Source of the DNA: Octopus bimaculoides
Lineage: Eukaryota
Assembly (NCBI RefSeq): GCF_001194135.2
Contig: NC_068984.1
Coordinates: 51,795,327 to 51,859,326 of the forward strand
DNA: 64,000 bases
Direction: 5' to 3'
The notes beneath the pieces were generated by a model. It saw only the letters and a program-made list of their open reading frames with translations, ran no database searches and was not told the DNA's origin. Position numbers and translations under genes: made by a program. Positions 1 to 12,851 of this stretch are shown piece by piece (position 1 is the first letter of the stretch; each line of letters opens with the position of its first letter).

Positions 1-2990
1 ATTTACAAATGATAACGAAGCGGCTAACATCTAGCTTTCGGCCGCTTGGACCCCTTGTGTCCATCACTCTGATTGGTTCTTATTTGCGCGGCAATTGTCA
101 CCAGTTCTGTTTCGCACCAGGGTGCATACCGTCCAATCGTGTCCTTCAGATAAGGTCACATGAGAGAGTTTTTCTGCGTTTCCGGTGAGCCCTATTTCAT
201 CTATAAATAACAGTTTGTCGCGACCTCAGACCTTTTCAGGTCTAGTCGTAGACCAGACACAGAACACAGCTCTAGCCAGTTTCCAGCGACGACGTCAACA
301 CCACCAATCTACTGTATACTACAGTTCCGTCGCCAGTACCACCACCAGAGTACACACCAACAACGACAGCGATTTCATCTCTGCACTGTTCGAGTGGATT
401 GTTTCCACCACGAAGATAACAGTCAGAACAACCATGCGAGAACCTTCTGTACCAAGTAACCGGTCTACAGCATCGACGCTCAACTTCCACACAGCATGTG
501 ACACTACAGCTCTGCTCCTTGGCCACGACTTCTTGTTCCTTTACTGGCACTTGCTCGCATCATCTCACGCGAGCCTTCATATGTCATATTATACGTTTTT
601 GTAGCGACCGTGCGACGCGTTTAAAGGAGCCTGTTTCTCCCGCACGTCACCATTCTCCTTTGGTTCGCACGGTCGTATATTACAGAACTATTGCATGCAG
701 ATGACCTAATTCCCATAGCTGAAATTACCGAAGAATTGGAGATGAAATTCCAAACATGAAAGTAAAGCTTAGGATGGAGATGCCTTAAAATAAACGTAGT
801 AAATGCGATAGTTTAAGTTGACGATAAAGAAGAGAAAACTTTCCTGCCATCTTGGGAAGTCGCCATAGTCAATATGCAGAAAAGGAGTAGAATCGCCAGC
901 AAGCTGGCAGGGAAGACTTCTTATGTAGTAGACGTACAGAAACAGTTAATAGTAAAAGCATTATGAAACGAGTTCATTTAAATATATGTACTATTTCTTA
1001 AAAGTAGTAAATTTCTGCTTTCTAGGTGATATAATAAGCTGTGGTGGTAGGTATTCTGAAAGAAGAGTAGTCAGGATAGAGAGGAAAAAGTCGAAGATAA
1101 TATTAACTCTGCTTTCAGCAAAGATGCTCTTGCAAAAAGATGAGTAAGTTGTCTAATGTTTATGATGTTGCATGGTAGCGAAACATAGCTACTAAATGCG
1201 AAAGATGTGCAATGGGTGGAATGAAATGAAGTGAGCACACTCTGCTGAGTGTGTAATGTTACCTGCATGAATGATAGAGCACAAATGAGCTGTGAAAAAA
1301 ATCAAATGAGAAGGAATTTGACGAAAAGGCAGACAAGGAAAGAAGTGATAAAGAGTGATTTTTACAACCACGCGATGACAAAGGCGGCAAGAACGTACTA
1401 GAAAAGGATCCGTCCAACCCATGTAACACGTAAAAACAGATGTAAAATAAGGACGATGAATGGTAAAGATGATACCTTTACTGTGTTTCCTTGTCATTAC
1501 CTCCTCCATTCAACATTTTCAAATCTGTCAGCGTTTCTTTTAGTTTCTCATCACTCTGACCATTGCCGCTCCACTAAAAATTGTTATTTTTCTTTCCCTT
1601 CTTTATCACTCCCTCTCACTAATTATAATCTATTTATCCTTCAATATCAGTTAATATTTTCTCTCTCCGATAAAGTATTGCCGCCTGAAATGTTAAACTT
1701 CTCGTTTTTGTCACTACATAAAACAGCCCATTGTTTGAACTATTTCCATTAGCGTTTACTGACACAGAATATCACTCGAATACACCGTTTCATCATATTA
1801 GTAATGGGATATTACTGTTATTTAATTCCAACTGAGCAGATACATAATTAAAGATTCAGATATGACCATCATGCTTTTGTATATCCAGGACTACATTTTT
1901 CTCTTAAGGTAAAACATAATAGCCTTAATAATTGAGACCGGATCAAGGTGGTTGTAGTTAACAAGAGACTGCAGATGGAACCATTCTGCTGGTGAAGGCT
2001 AATACGGCCCTGACTACCCAAATCAGGCGAAGTGCACTGGCAAAGCGGTGAAACGCTTGTGATTCTGAGACTCCTGCTAAACATAAAGAACGTCTACCAA
2101 CAATGTAACTGCTTTAGTTGCATTGTTTAATCAAATCAAGAAAAAAAAAATAAAGCTTGCAGCATCATCGTTATGTAGCTCAATGCAGTTCTTGCTTGGG
2201 GCAAGCTTCTCTGGTGTTTATTTCTTGCATCAAGCATATAGTATGCATTTTTCGATGTGTAATAATGAACGCTATGCTTTTATTCATTTTAAACATTTAT
2301 TTATATTTCACTTGCCAATAAAATGATAGGTATTTATTTTACAAACTAGCATACCCGTGTCAAAAACGCTGACAGTCATATTAATGATAGAACATGGTAT
2401 ATCAAAACAATAGAAGAAACCATTGATAAATGTCAACAATCGAGCAAATGTATGTACATATACAGAATTGAAGTACTTTCACAGATAAAGTTTTAATGGC
2501 TCGGTTGAAAATATCATCGACGTGATATATAATATATATGTAGCGTACACTCGAGTGAAATACCTTCCCCCTTTATTATATATACGAGCATTCGAACGCA
2601 GCAGATAACAACTAGCCTTTGGCCGCTATTTGGACCCCGTTGTGTCAACTACTCTGATTGGATGGTATTGGCGCAATTTGCCTCTTACTCTATCGCGCTA
2701 ATATGCAGCGTATAACCAGTCGGAGCCTCGGATCTTTCTGAATTGACGGGAACCACTTGTTTTCTTAACGAAACACTTTCAAACTTGGGATACTGGTAGA
2801 ATGTGTCATATAAAACAACTTTTTCTCTTATTCTTCTTAACAAAAAATTGTACATCGCAAGTTATTTCATGTTAAAGTTGTCGTATTTCTGTAATTTCAA
2901 CCAATCACTGACGTCTATTCAGCTGAATACAGTTACTGCTGTTTTTGTAAACAATCATTTTTGCCGGTGTCAAGATCGTTATTCCCTAGT

Positions 2991-3208
2991 AAGGGTTTAC
3001 GGTTTTAGGGTTAGGGTTCGGGTTTTAGAGTTAGGGTTAGGGTTGGGGTTATGAGTTATAGGGTTTTAGGCTTAGGGTTATGAGTTATAGGGTTTTAGGG
3101 TTAGGGTTAGGGTTACGGTTATGAATGAGGTTATGGCAAAAATAATCATAAGCCTAACCCTACAACTAACCCTAACTCTAAAACACGAACCCTAACCCTA
3201 AAACCCTT
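2991..3208. repeat. Degenerate (TTAGGG)n/(CCCTAA)n fold-back array
   Basis: G-strand repeats 2991-3135 followed by a reverse-complementary C-strand block 3152-3208. Confidence 0.85.
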
Positions 3209-5719
3209 GTAAAAAGTTTGATAGTTGGTTGTCATAGAGACTTTAGTCTCTCTCTATCACCTTTCAACAGCATTAATATATGAAGAGACATTAGAACAAT
3301 TAACAACATATTAAAACGGTTTTATTTATGACTATTATGCTTGGTTTCACAATTACTGTCATTCTGCTTAGCAGCCGCTGATTAGGTTGTAGTTTGGTAA
3401 TGGAAGGTTAAGGGCTTCGTGGAGGAGCGAGGTGTTGCTACGTAGGTCTCAGCTCAACTCGCTTAACAAAGTGAAACTCTCTCTATAAGTACGAGTTTTA
3501 CTACGCATGCGCAACTCGAGGGGCTTCCGGTGGTGCAGTCCTCTGCGCATGCGCAGAATAGTACTTCTTCAATGGTGGCCTATAATTTCGCGCCACTACA
3601 CCCTAAAGTTAAAACCAGTACAAACGCACGAACGATGTCATAAATAACAGTACCACGGATAGTTGTTGTTGACAAAGAACGGCACTAATTTTATTCAGGG
3701 GAAAAGATCCCATGATACCGTTAGAACATGTTGTTTACATTCCACGGCAGTAATTGTTTTCACCTCAATAGACGTCAGTGATTGGTTGAAATTACCGAAA
3801 TACAAACATTTTTTACATGAAATAACTTCGAATACAAAATTTTTATCTGTTCTATAACACAAAATATACAAGTATACGAAGTTTGAAAGTGTTTCGGTAC
3901 CAAAAACACTACATAAAACACAAACGAAAAGTGGTGTCCGTCAATTCAGAAAGATCCGGAGCCTCTAAATAAGATCACGTGAGACAGCCTGTTCTCAATC
4001 CCGTTTGAGCTTACTGTTCCTTATGAAAACTCACCTTCTCCTCGTCTCGAGGTCTTTGGTTCCAGACCTTTTAAGGTTTAGTCACTGACCACATAAGACA
4101 CAGGCAGTTCCAGCGACAACACCAGACGACCCGTCCAACAGCATGAAGGCAATCTCCGTCTTCGTCGCCACCATCATCTTCTTAACGTCGTCAACATAAT
4201 TTCTCTACGTACACAGCTCAAGCAACACTGCACAGGTTCCAACATAGCACTGTTTGTGAATTACTTCACCATGGTTAACATATACAACCTGCGAGAACTC
4301 CTGTACAAGTGACCCAGGTAGCAGCATTACAGCCACAACTTCGTACATGTACCGCAACTCCGGCTCTGCATCATCGCCGCAACTTCTTTATACAGTATTT
4401 CAATTACCGTGTTCAATTGAATACCAATTGGTATCTCTCATTCTTGTGTCTATGAACATTCGTCTAACTTCTCATTATAGACTTTTTCACTGTCTCTTTC
4501 TTCATTGTTATTCTTATATGCAACACACGCATACACCCATGCCTATACTCACGAACACTTTGTTCTCATGACGGCCCGTCATTTATTCTGTATACATGAC
4601 GCACACACACACAAGTTAGCATATCAATAAAACCTCTTCTCTCAAACATTCTACTCGGTTGTGTCTTTCTCTTTTCCAACTGGCACATGACCATCTAAAC
4701 GAGGAATGAATATGCCTTACTCATCATAACTTCAAAATGAGCTCAAGCTAAGGAATCAAGATAACTTTGACAGATGACCGCATAAATATCCGAGTACCAA
4801 TGTCAGATAAAAAAGAAAAAAAAAAAGAAAAAGATGTAGGAGAATAAGGTTTCGATTCTTGCCTGCGAATCCAAGAAACGATCTCTTACAATCTCTTCCT
4901 TTCAAATAGGATTTATTCACATTTTGTTTGATTGTATTGCCATTTCATTATCAACTAACCAAGAGGAAATTCACATAAATGAATGTTTCAGTTTTCTATT
5001 TATAATTTCTAGTTCTTGGTGGAAATATAGTATAATGACTCAGTCCTCTTGAGAGTGTCACTTACACAATAGCCCAAACTGTTAAAACAGCAGCCCAATC
5101 TCCCACAAACCACACACTATTATCTTAATAAATGCAATCTTGGATACATTACACAAAAACTAGAAAAAAGATAGGACAGTCACGACTAAACTGCTGGTTT
5201 GGACAAAGTTTGACCGATTGCATAAGTGTCATAAGTTTGTTCGATCAGTATTAATCTGGGGGGAGTTAAAGGAAATAAGCTACAGAATCTTTTTTAGAAA
5301 CTTAGCAGATATTTTGTCTATTTGAAAGACTTTATCAACAATTGTTCTTGTGATCCAAATCAACTCAGAACAGATCTAAGATGGATCTTTTCTGTTTGGT
5401 TCACACTTTCCAATTCCTCTAATTTTGTTCCAAATGATTTCAAGTTTGGTGTATTGATGTAGTTTTGCAAAATAATCATTGACATGAACTTCATTTTTAC
5501 TACAAGTTAATAAATAAAAAGTTAATAGCTTTTAAAGTTTGTAAATTTGGGGTAATTTTAGCCATAGACATTGGTACCTGTTTCCGTAATAACAAGCCAA
5601 GGTATAGTCTGCTTTAGTCAATCGAAAGCCATAGACATACTTGTTTCCATAGTAACAAGTCAAGATAAAGTCTGCCAAGTGAAGTTTGTTGAGATAAACG
5701 AAACAGTCGAGTCGAAACT

Positions 5720-5870
5720 GATTTCTGAAAACGTAAATACCCACACACAACAAGTGGAAAGCACAAGGGCCTCTGTAAAACGAAGTAATAAACGACGCTG
5801 TGGCACTCACCATTCTATAGTTGACTCTTATCTCTTCGAGTATGTGGTGCAGGAGATACGAAAATTGTAA
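5720..5870 (+). mobile_element. Merlin/IS1595-like transposase C-terminal remnant
   Basis: ORF 5571-5870 contains HTQQVESTRASVKR...GT...DSYLFEY, matching the HTQxIESxW...K...SYLxEF motif of the ISXO2/Merlin DDE family (recognised from memory). Confidence 0.6.
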
Positions 5871-7970
5871 TTTGCTTGACAAACTCCTAGAGTGCATCGC
5901 AAACTTTTGTTTTTGAATTTTCGCTACACAATATGCATTATTTACATGAACTGAACTACAGTTTGCTTTTTGTAATTTAACGTTTTTTTTTGTTTTGTTT
6001 TTTCGTAATTCAACGTTTTGTTTAATGTCATAGACAGCTATCATGCAGAAGACGCTAGCTTCCAAATCTGGTTTTCTTACTGGGTAAAATTAATCAAACT
6101 TTGAACCTCTGACAGTTTTCTAAAACTTTTCTGGTACTAGTGAATAGCATGAGATTTAGCGTGAAAATTTACACCAGTATACCAAATATGAAAAATTTTC
6201 ACTTAATTTTAAAATTTCAAAAAATCTGAGCCAAACAAAAGATCCTCGTAGAGTCTTCTCACTTTGTGGTGTGACTTGGAGGAGAGTAAAACAGATAATG
6301 AGAAGCATCACATGAATGAATATCGTAGTTCGTACTATATCATGAGCGTTGCTTTCTTTGTTCGTGCAAGACACTTTTCTTTCAAATGGACCAGGGCACG
6401 TAGCTATAAGTACGTACACTATGTCAGGAAAAAATTACTGCAGCAAGAAAACATTGAACTCACGAGTATTTCGATAGCTTGCAAAGCAGTATTCAACTCA
6501 TGAGTATAGCTTGGAGATAGTTAAGTTCTTCTAAGTTGAAGTAATATAATATGCATTTTATATTAAATTACGTTTTGGTCTTAGTGTTTAAAATGCTTTC
6601 TTGGTATGGGCTTGAGATTTTATTAGTAGGCGAGTTCAAACTTAACGTGCGAAATTTCTCCTATTGACGAAAATTCTCGTAACGCTGCTTTATGTGGTTG
6701 TTTAGTTTGCAATATACACCACATAAAAACAGAATCGTCAGTGCTACTCCTGCAACCCAACTCCGCACACAACTTATCGTTACCATGGAGGATCATAAAT
6801 CTATAATTATGTGAATGTTAACTCAAGAAAACTATTTCATAAAAGTTGGATAAATGGATAATATGTGAAAGGTAGATGTGGAGCGGAAATACTAAAGCAT
6901 GTTTCGTCGTAAGTGCGAGGTCTAATTGTTTTCACGGTTTTAGAATGGAGAAAGAAGGACCCATTTTCCTCATGTTGTGCTGCTATATGTTTTGGTGTTC
7001 GTTTTCCATTGAAGGGGTGTCTAGTAAAATGTCTTAGTCAAGCATTTGCATGCATATATGTATAAAGCCAATTAGTACGATACATTTTAGATGATGAATT
7101 GGCAGAGTACAAAGGTCCAGCGTGTTGGATCTGAGGAATTATTAGAGCGTTAGGCGATATATCTAGCGGTATTTGTCTTAGCTAAAGGGCGAGGTACGCC
7201 CCGGGCGGAACTACTCTTGGGTCCGCTGTAAGCAATATGTATTTTTTGTGGGGTAAACTGAAGGGCCATCCAGGGCAATAGACACTCTAGCTACGCTAGT
7301 CGCTCTATACATTCTGAGTTCTTGGGTGGTAGGCTTAATCAGTCCCTCGATTTAACACCACCGTCTGGCCCTTAGGTGACTTTGTCGGAGTTCACTCTGC
7401 TGCAAGCGTTTAGACCAGGTCTCCGATTTGAGGATAACTTGTTTCTTTCTGAAGAAATAATGGGTTATAACCAGCGCTCTTTCCTCCCCGGAGACAACTA
7501 TTTATTATACTCGCAAGAAGATAATTAAAGTCAATAAACGATGTACTATAAATACATTTTATTTCATTTCCTTTTTTAGATTACCATTCATAGAAAATGT
7601 AACATGTTTCTTTTTTTAATTTCAATTTGCATGTTTTGTGAAATGTGTCAGGAAGTTCAGTTTGACGTAAAAATGTTTTCCATAACGAAACAAACATAAG
7701 ATATTGTGTATTCATTCTGAGAGGGAAAAGAAGAGGATTGATAGTTTATTGTCAAATGATGCGGAAATAAATAACTCCTTTGTATAGTATGTTAGCTATG
7801 TCCTCGTAGGAAAGCAATCCGGATGCGTCCAAAGGAAGGGACCGGATGTGACAAACTTGTGTGATGTATACATTTTTTTGAAGTGGGGGTGGTAGGTAGA
7901 GAGAGTGGGTGGTTAGCAATTATTCTGTCAGTACGTATTGACTTATTACCTGGATTAGGTCCTTTTGCAG

Positions 7971-8037
7971 ATCGGGGATTCTAAAAGAAGAAAGGAAAGA
8001 AAATTTAAAGAAGAGAAAGAAAAAATATCCTATTCAC
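7971..8037 (+). other. Candidate non-coding 5' UTR exon of the adhesion GPCR
   Basis: ccttttgcag acceptor and CAC|gtgagt donor around a purine-rich stretch; splice signals only. Confidence 0.25.
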
Positions 8038-9001
8038 GTGAGTTGTAAACATTGTTTTAAATGGTAGATTTTTATTTTTCATAATTTTAGGCGAAAGATT
8101 TGCCATTGTGATAATTGAAAGTTTTTTTTGGTAACTAGTATTAAAATTATGATTTTCATCATGTATGTATAGTGTATGTATGCGTGTGTGCGATGGTTAC
8201 ACCGAAAGTAATACAAAAGTGGGCATAACTTTTTTAATTAACTGATATAAGTCGTTTAATTGCTATTGTTGGTAGAATAACTCTTCCTCAATACACAGTC
8301 TCCAACTCAAGCGGTGTCATTGCGCCATCACTCAACCCAACTAGAATTCTCTTGGAAAAAATTCAAATGCGCACAGTCGAAACCTACCTCTTCAGATACT
8401 TTCGCCTCGTCAATGTCCATCAGGGCGGAGGTAAATTATACGTACACCACTCGTTTTCGGCGTAACAAAAATCCTATTCCTAACCCGAAACCCTAACCTT
8501 ACACCCTAAACACCAAGTGTGCGTATTCTTTACCTTCCCTGTCCATCAGATTTGTGTCCCCCAAAACCGTCTTTCATTAGACTGACTAGGTGGGAATCGA
8601 TGGCGTTTTACAGTGGAGTATGATCACTGACAAGTCCAGTTGGCTCGATCGCCTCATTTGTTTGCCGAAAATGTGTTTGGTCGCGCATTAACATGGTGAA
8701 TGAGGATCGTTTTCAGATTCTTGTTCAGTCTCTTCCTCATAATAACTTCAGTAAGAATCTTGAATGTTCCAATGCACCACTCACTGTTCACGGTGAAGCC
8801 ACATTACAGAAAATCAAGGAGACCGACGCACTTGTCATCCTATTCTCCACCAAAAAGAACAAACAAAAACAAAACAGTCGCAATGTCTTTCTTTGTCGAT
8901 TGCTGGGGGAAGATGTATGGCGCCATTCCAAGGAATGGGTCTTCGTTTCCGGATACACCCACGTTTTATTCCCTTTCACTTGATCGGAAAAAAAAAAAAC
9001 G

Positions 9002-9204
9002 GGTAAATTTTCAGATTAACACCCACACAATTTTCACTAGGGTGTTAGGGTTAGGGTTTTACGGTCAGGGTTACGGTTAGGGACGGAATTCTCTAACCCT
9101 AACCCTAAAACCTAACCCTGATCCTAACACCGTAACCCTGACCCTAAAACCCTAACCCTAACATCCTAGTGAAAATCGTGCGGGTGTTAATCTGAAAATT
9201 TACC
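9002..9204. mobile_element. Palindromic MITE with internal TTAGGG-like repeats and an 8-bp TSD
   Basis: About 75-bp inverted arms beginning GGTAAATTTTCAGATTAACACCC; flanked by AAAAAACG at 8994-9001 and 9205-9212. Confidence 0.85.
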
Positions 9205-9715
9205 AAAAAACGTACCCTCATTGGCTTTTAATGCTTTCTACAGATCGAAGAAGGCTTCCACTCTTCTCTTCTTCAGCTTGATTATCATCTACAGTAGTAC
9301 CCACTTAGCACATACTTTCCAATATCTGAAGCCTTCCACCTTCTTCTGCAAGGCATTGTCATTACTGTCCAGTAATGCAACAAGCGCGGTACCCTGTCAA
9401 ATGTCTTCTACTTTGACTCTGGTCCGACCAATGTCTAGTGGGTAATTTTTGGTAGACGAAAACTATATGGAAGCCTGTCGTGTGCGTATGTGTGCGCTCG
9501 CGCATTTGTTAACCTTCCCCGTTTGACAACCTGTTTTGCTTTGTTTACGTCTCCGAAACTGGTTTGGCAAAAGAGACAAATGCAATAAGTAACAAACTTA
9601 AAAGCGATCCCGTGATTGATGTGTTTGACTAAACACTTTAAGGATGTGCTTCAGCGTGGCTGCAGTCTAACAACAAAAACAAGTAGAAGAATAAACGGAC
9701 ACACATACACTTTAC

Positions 9716-9764
<49 letters not shown>

Positions 9765-10835
9765 GTATGTGTGTGGGGGTGGGTGCAGAGCAAAATTAGT
9801 AACAAGGGTAAAATGAACAATTTCTGATTTCTCGCTATTTTCTCCCTATCTGTTTGAAAACTATCTGCTGTCTAAGGATGAATATTGATGTGTATGTGTC
9901 TGTCTTCAAATGTAATTCTGGAGAATTGAACAGGCAAATTTACCTTATCTTGTATAACTTTTCATCAGCTAAATTTGTCTTTTATAAGCTCAAAGAGAAT
10001 AGAGATAGTTTTCTGAAATACCATTCTGAATATGTTACAGTGTTTTTAATGCATTTATAGAAGATCATTTGCTTAGTTGATATGGTCTTTGTAAGGGAGT
10101 GAACATTTACCAAAAAATGCATTTTTTCTCAGTCAAAAATGTAGTAAAAACTCGTCATTGTGCCTCCCCCACCATGTATGTGTGTGTGTGACACACACAC
10201 ACACACACATTTAGTGTATTTCGGTGTCCGTTGCAACTGTGCCGGGAGAGGGTTAAAGTTTAAGTGATCTTACCCCTTCCATGGCATATTGGGAGCATCA
10301 GGTAAGGGTACCGAATCTTTAGGGCTGAATCTACTACCACTATACGTCTTTCTCCTTCCTTGAGAAAATTTCGAAATTACACTAATTTCAGAGGCATTTT
10401 GAGGGAGCATGAAATGGGTATTTGGGCACCTTCTGATTAGGGGCGCTATTCAATACGTAGTATTAAAATAATATCTATCTTTTACTTGTCAGTAAACTGT
10501 GGCCATGCTGGGGCATCACTTTCATATATTTATTATCTGTTAAAAATAATAAATGATTAACAAGTTATCGATTGTAATTATTATATATTAGTCTTACGTT
10601 GAAACTTATAATAGTATTCTTGCTAAATTTGATAATTAAATTCATAAATTAAACAGATCTGTGTACAAGTATAATTAAGCAGACTTATTCTATTTTATTT
10701 TATTCAATTTTCATTAGCTCGATCATTACATTTTCTATACCCAACTCTTATTTATCGTTATTACGTTTCCCGTCATTTGATGTCGGATTTTGCATGTATG
10801 ATCTGATCTGAGCACTAATCTGTCTGTATCAATTA

Positions 10836-12260
10836 CTAGCAAACGCCCCCGTCCATTGGACGGTGTAAGTTCGTGATAGAACTTCAGTCTAAAATAGTGT
10901 AATTCTGCTTCTGTCTATGCTTAAAATTGAGGATTATTTGACATAGTTGAGACATTAAATCAAAAATAAGTGGTATTCAAAAGGAACATTTATTATTTGC
11001 TGATATCGGGTATTAAAATGTGAAAATATGGAAAATTATCGTTCGGAATGCTGTTTAATTGACCGAATGGCTGAAGAATCGGTACAGAAAGCATATACGA
11101 CATTTCTATGGACAGGAAGTCAATCTGAAATTTGCAATATGAAATTATCTAAGGCATCTGGGAAGCTGGGCATTGAAATGAAAATATGCTTGACTTTAAC
11201 AACAGGCATTTGTTGGAAGATTAACATATCCTATCGTGAGGAGTAAATAAGGGCCAACCTGAAGAGGATTTCAACTCATTGGAAGAACTATTGGAGGGCT
11301 GCCTTGTGTACCACATTTTTTGTCAATCTTTTGGGAGTGTAGTAGAAGAGATTGGCCGAATTTCCAACTCTGGAACACCCCACGTACAGCTGTCTGTGTG
11401 AAAAGCATGGTGTATTGAGGTCCAATCCAACCACTTTTAGTGACTGACCTTGGGCTTTGTTAATGGTCATAGCAAAGCTTAATCGAATGGGCAATTGGAC
11501 TCTTTTCATCACAAAGACACAGTCGGTCGGAATAAGCAGAACTCGGGGAATAAAAACAGACCCGCCAATAACTTTTCTTGTGATGATTGTGGCTTCGAGA
11601 ATGTTATCCAAAATTTGCTTAACAGCCAAATATGTGCCATGGCAAAACTGAGGAAGCTCCAAATTCCTCAAGAGTATAATAGGGCAACCAAGTTTAAGGC
11701 TAAGTTTTCGCGATGGCAATCCTGATGGTTCTTGTGAGTTGGATCAGTAACTAAATCAACCAAAGCATGGCATCGCTCTTGCATAGGAAGTTGATGAAGC
11801 AGATATGTGTTTAGGGCTTGGATGGTGGCATTTGTTGGAGCTAAGATGACTCTTTTACACATCCATTTATGACTGATGTAATTGGTAGAGAGGTTAGGGT
11901 AAACTTTTGTGCATAGCTCCTCAGGGCTGGAGACGTAGTTACCGATGGTACTTATGTCAGCCAAACCATTTATGTCGAGTGGTAAGCTCCTATTGCCAAC
12001 ATCCAATAACTTTGAAGTAAAGGAATTGTCATCATGTTGCTGGTAAAGAATGGAACACATGTTTATGGTTAACATTCTCAATTGGACAGAGCGCCAAAGA
12101 TGAGAATTTTTTAGGCAAATGTTTAATTCATCAGCTGGTGTCCTTTTGGGATAATAGAAAAGGTTTGACGAAAGTCCCCAGCAAGAAGAATAACGCCGCT
12201 GCCAAAATCTAAATATTTGCTTCTTTCTGTTGAAAATCAACATACTCATGAATTAACCAG
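10836..12260 (-). mobile_element. Helitron 3' remnant (Pif1-like helicase C-terminus, frameshifted) with intact 3' terminus
   Basis: ORFs 11288-11719 and 11668-12249 contain LLRNL, RVQLPIRLSFAMTINKAQGQSL, FSHRQLYVGCSRV. Minus strand ends in hairpin CCGTCC-aat-GGACGG, then CTAG|T at 10836. Confidence 0.92.
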
Positions 12261-12775
12261 TGTAGAGAGGAAAACACTAACTTATTACTTAAATCTGATG
12301 AAGTTAGGTAGGAGTGACTACTTCAATTTTGAAATCATTTATGGTTAAGTCACATAGCTAGAATAAGAAAATGTTAGCACAGAAGCTAATTTTAATTAAA
12401 TCTGATCTTCAGCAAACAGTGACAGCTCCAAAAAGAGTTCAGTCCTCCTGTAGTGTTTCATTCTTTTATTTTATTTACTTCTCTACTTTTATTACTATGC
12501 TGACATTTTACCTGCTCTAGATTCATTCCAATTTATTTTTCTGCTCACTTTTTTTCTTATATTAGTCATTAACCTGTTCCATTTTCACACCTATTGTTTC
12601 AATCATATTTCTTCATTATATATTTTTTCTACATTTCTTTAACATTTCTTTTTCTGCAGCTCCTTTATCTTACCTTCTACTCCTCTTTTAGTCCCTACTC
12701 TTTCCATTCCTTGTTATACTGCTTCTGCTTCTTCAATAAATGGACCTTATTTTTCTTAGGTTTATATACCAAAAG

Positions 12776-12851
12776 ATGAATCCAGCAAAAAACACTTTGG
12801 TTACTCTTTTTTTTGTTGTCATTTTCATGGATATGTTACTGGCTGCAACAG
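12776..12851 (+). CDS. First coding exon, signal peptide MNPAKNTLVTLFFVVIFMDMLLAAT
   Basis: Acceptor ttttcttag ends at 12759, ATG at 12776, basic residue plus hydrophobic core plus small residues, donor G|gtaagt at 12852 (phase 1). The acceptor implies an upstream 5' UTR exon. Confidence 0.8.

Noticed and set aside
185-604. 139-aa ORF and overlapping ORFs
   Set aside because: No recognisable domain; lies in a C/A-rich repeat-like block with a diverged counterpart near 4000-4500.
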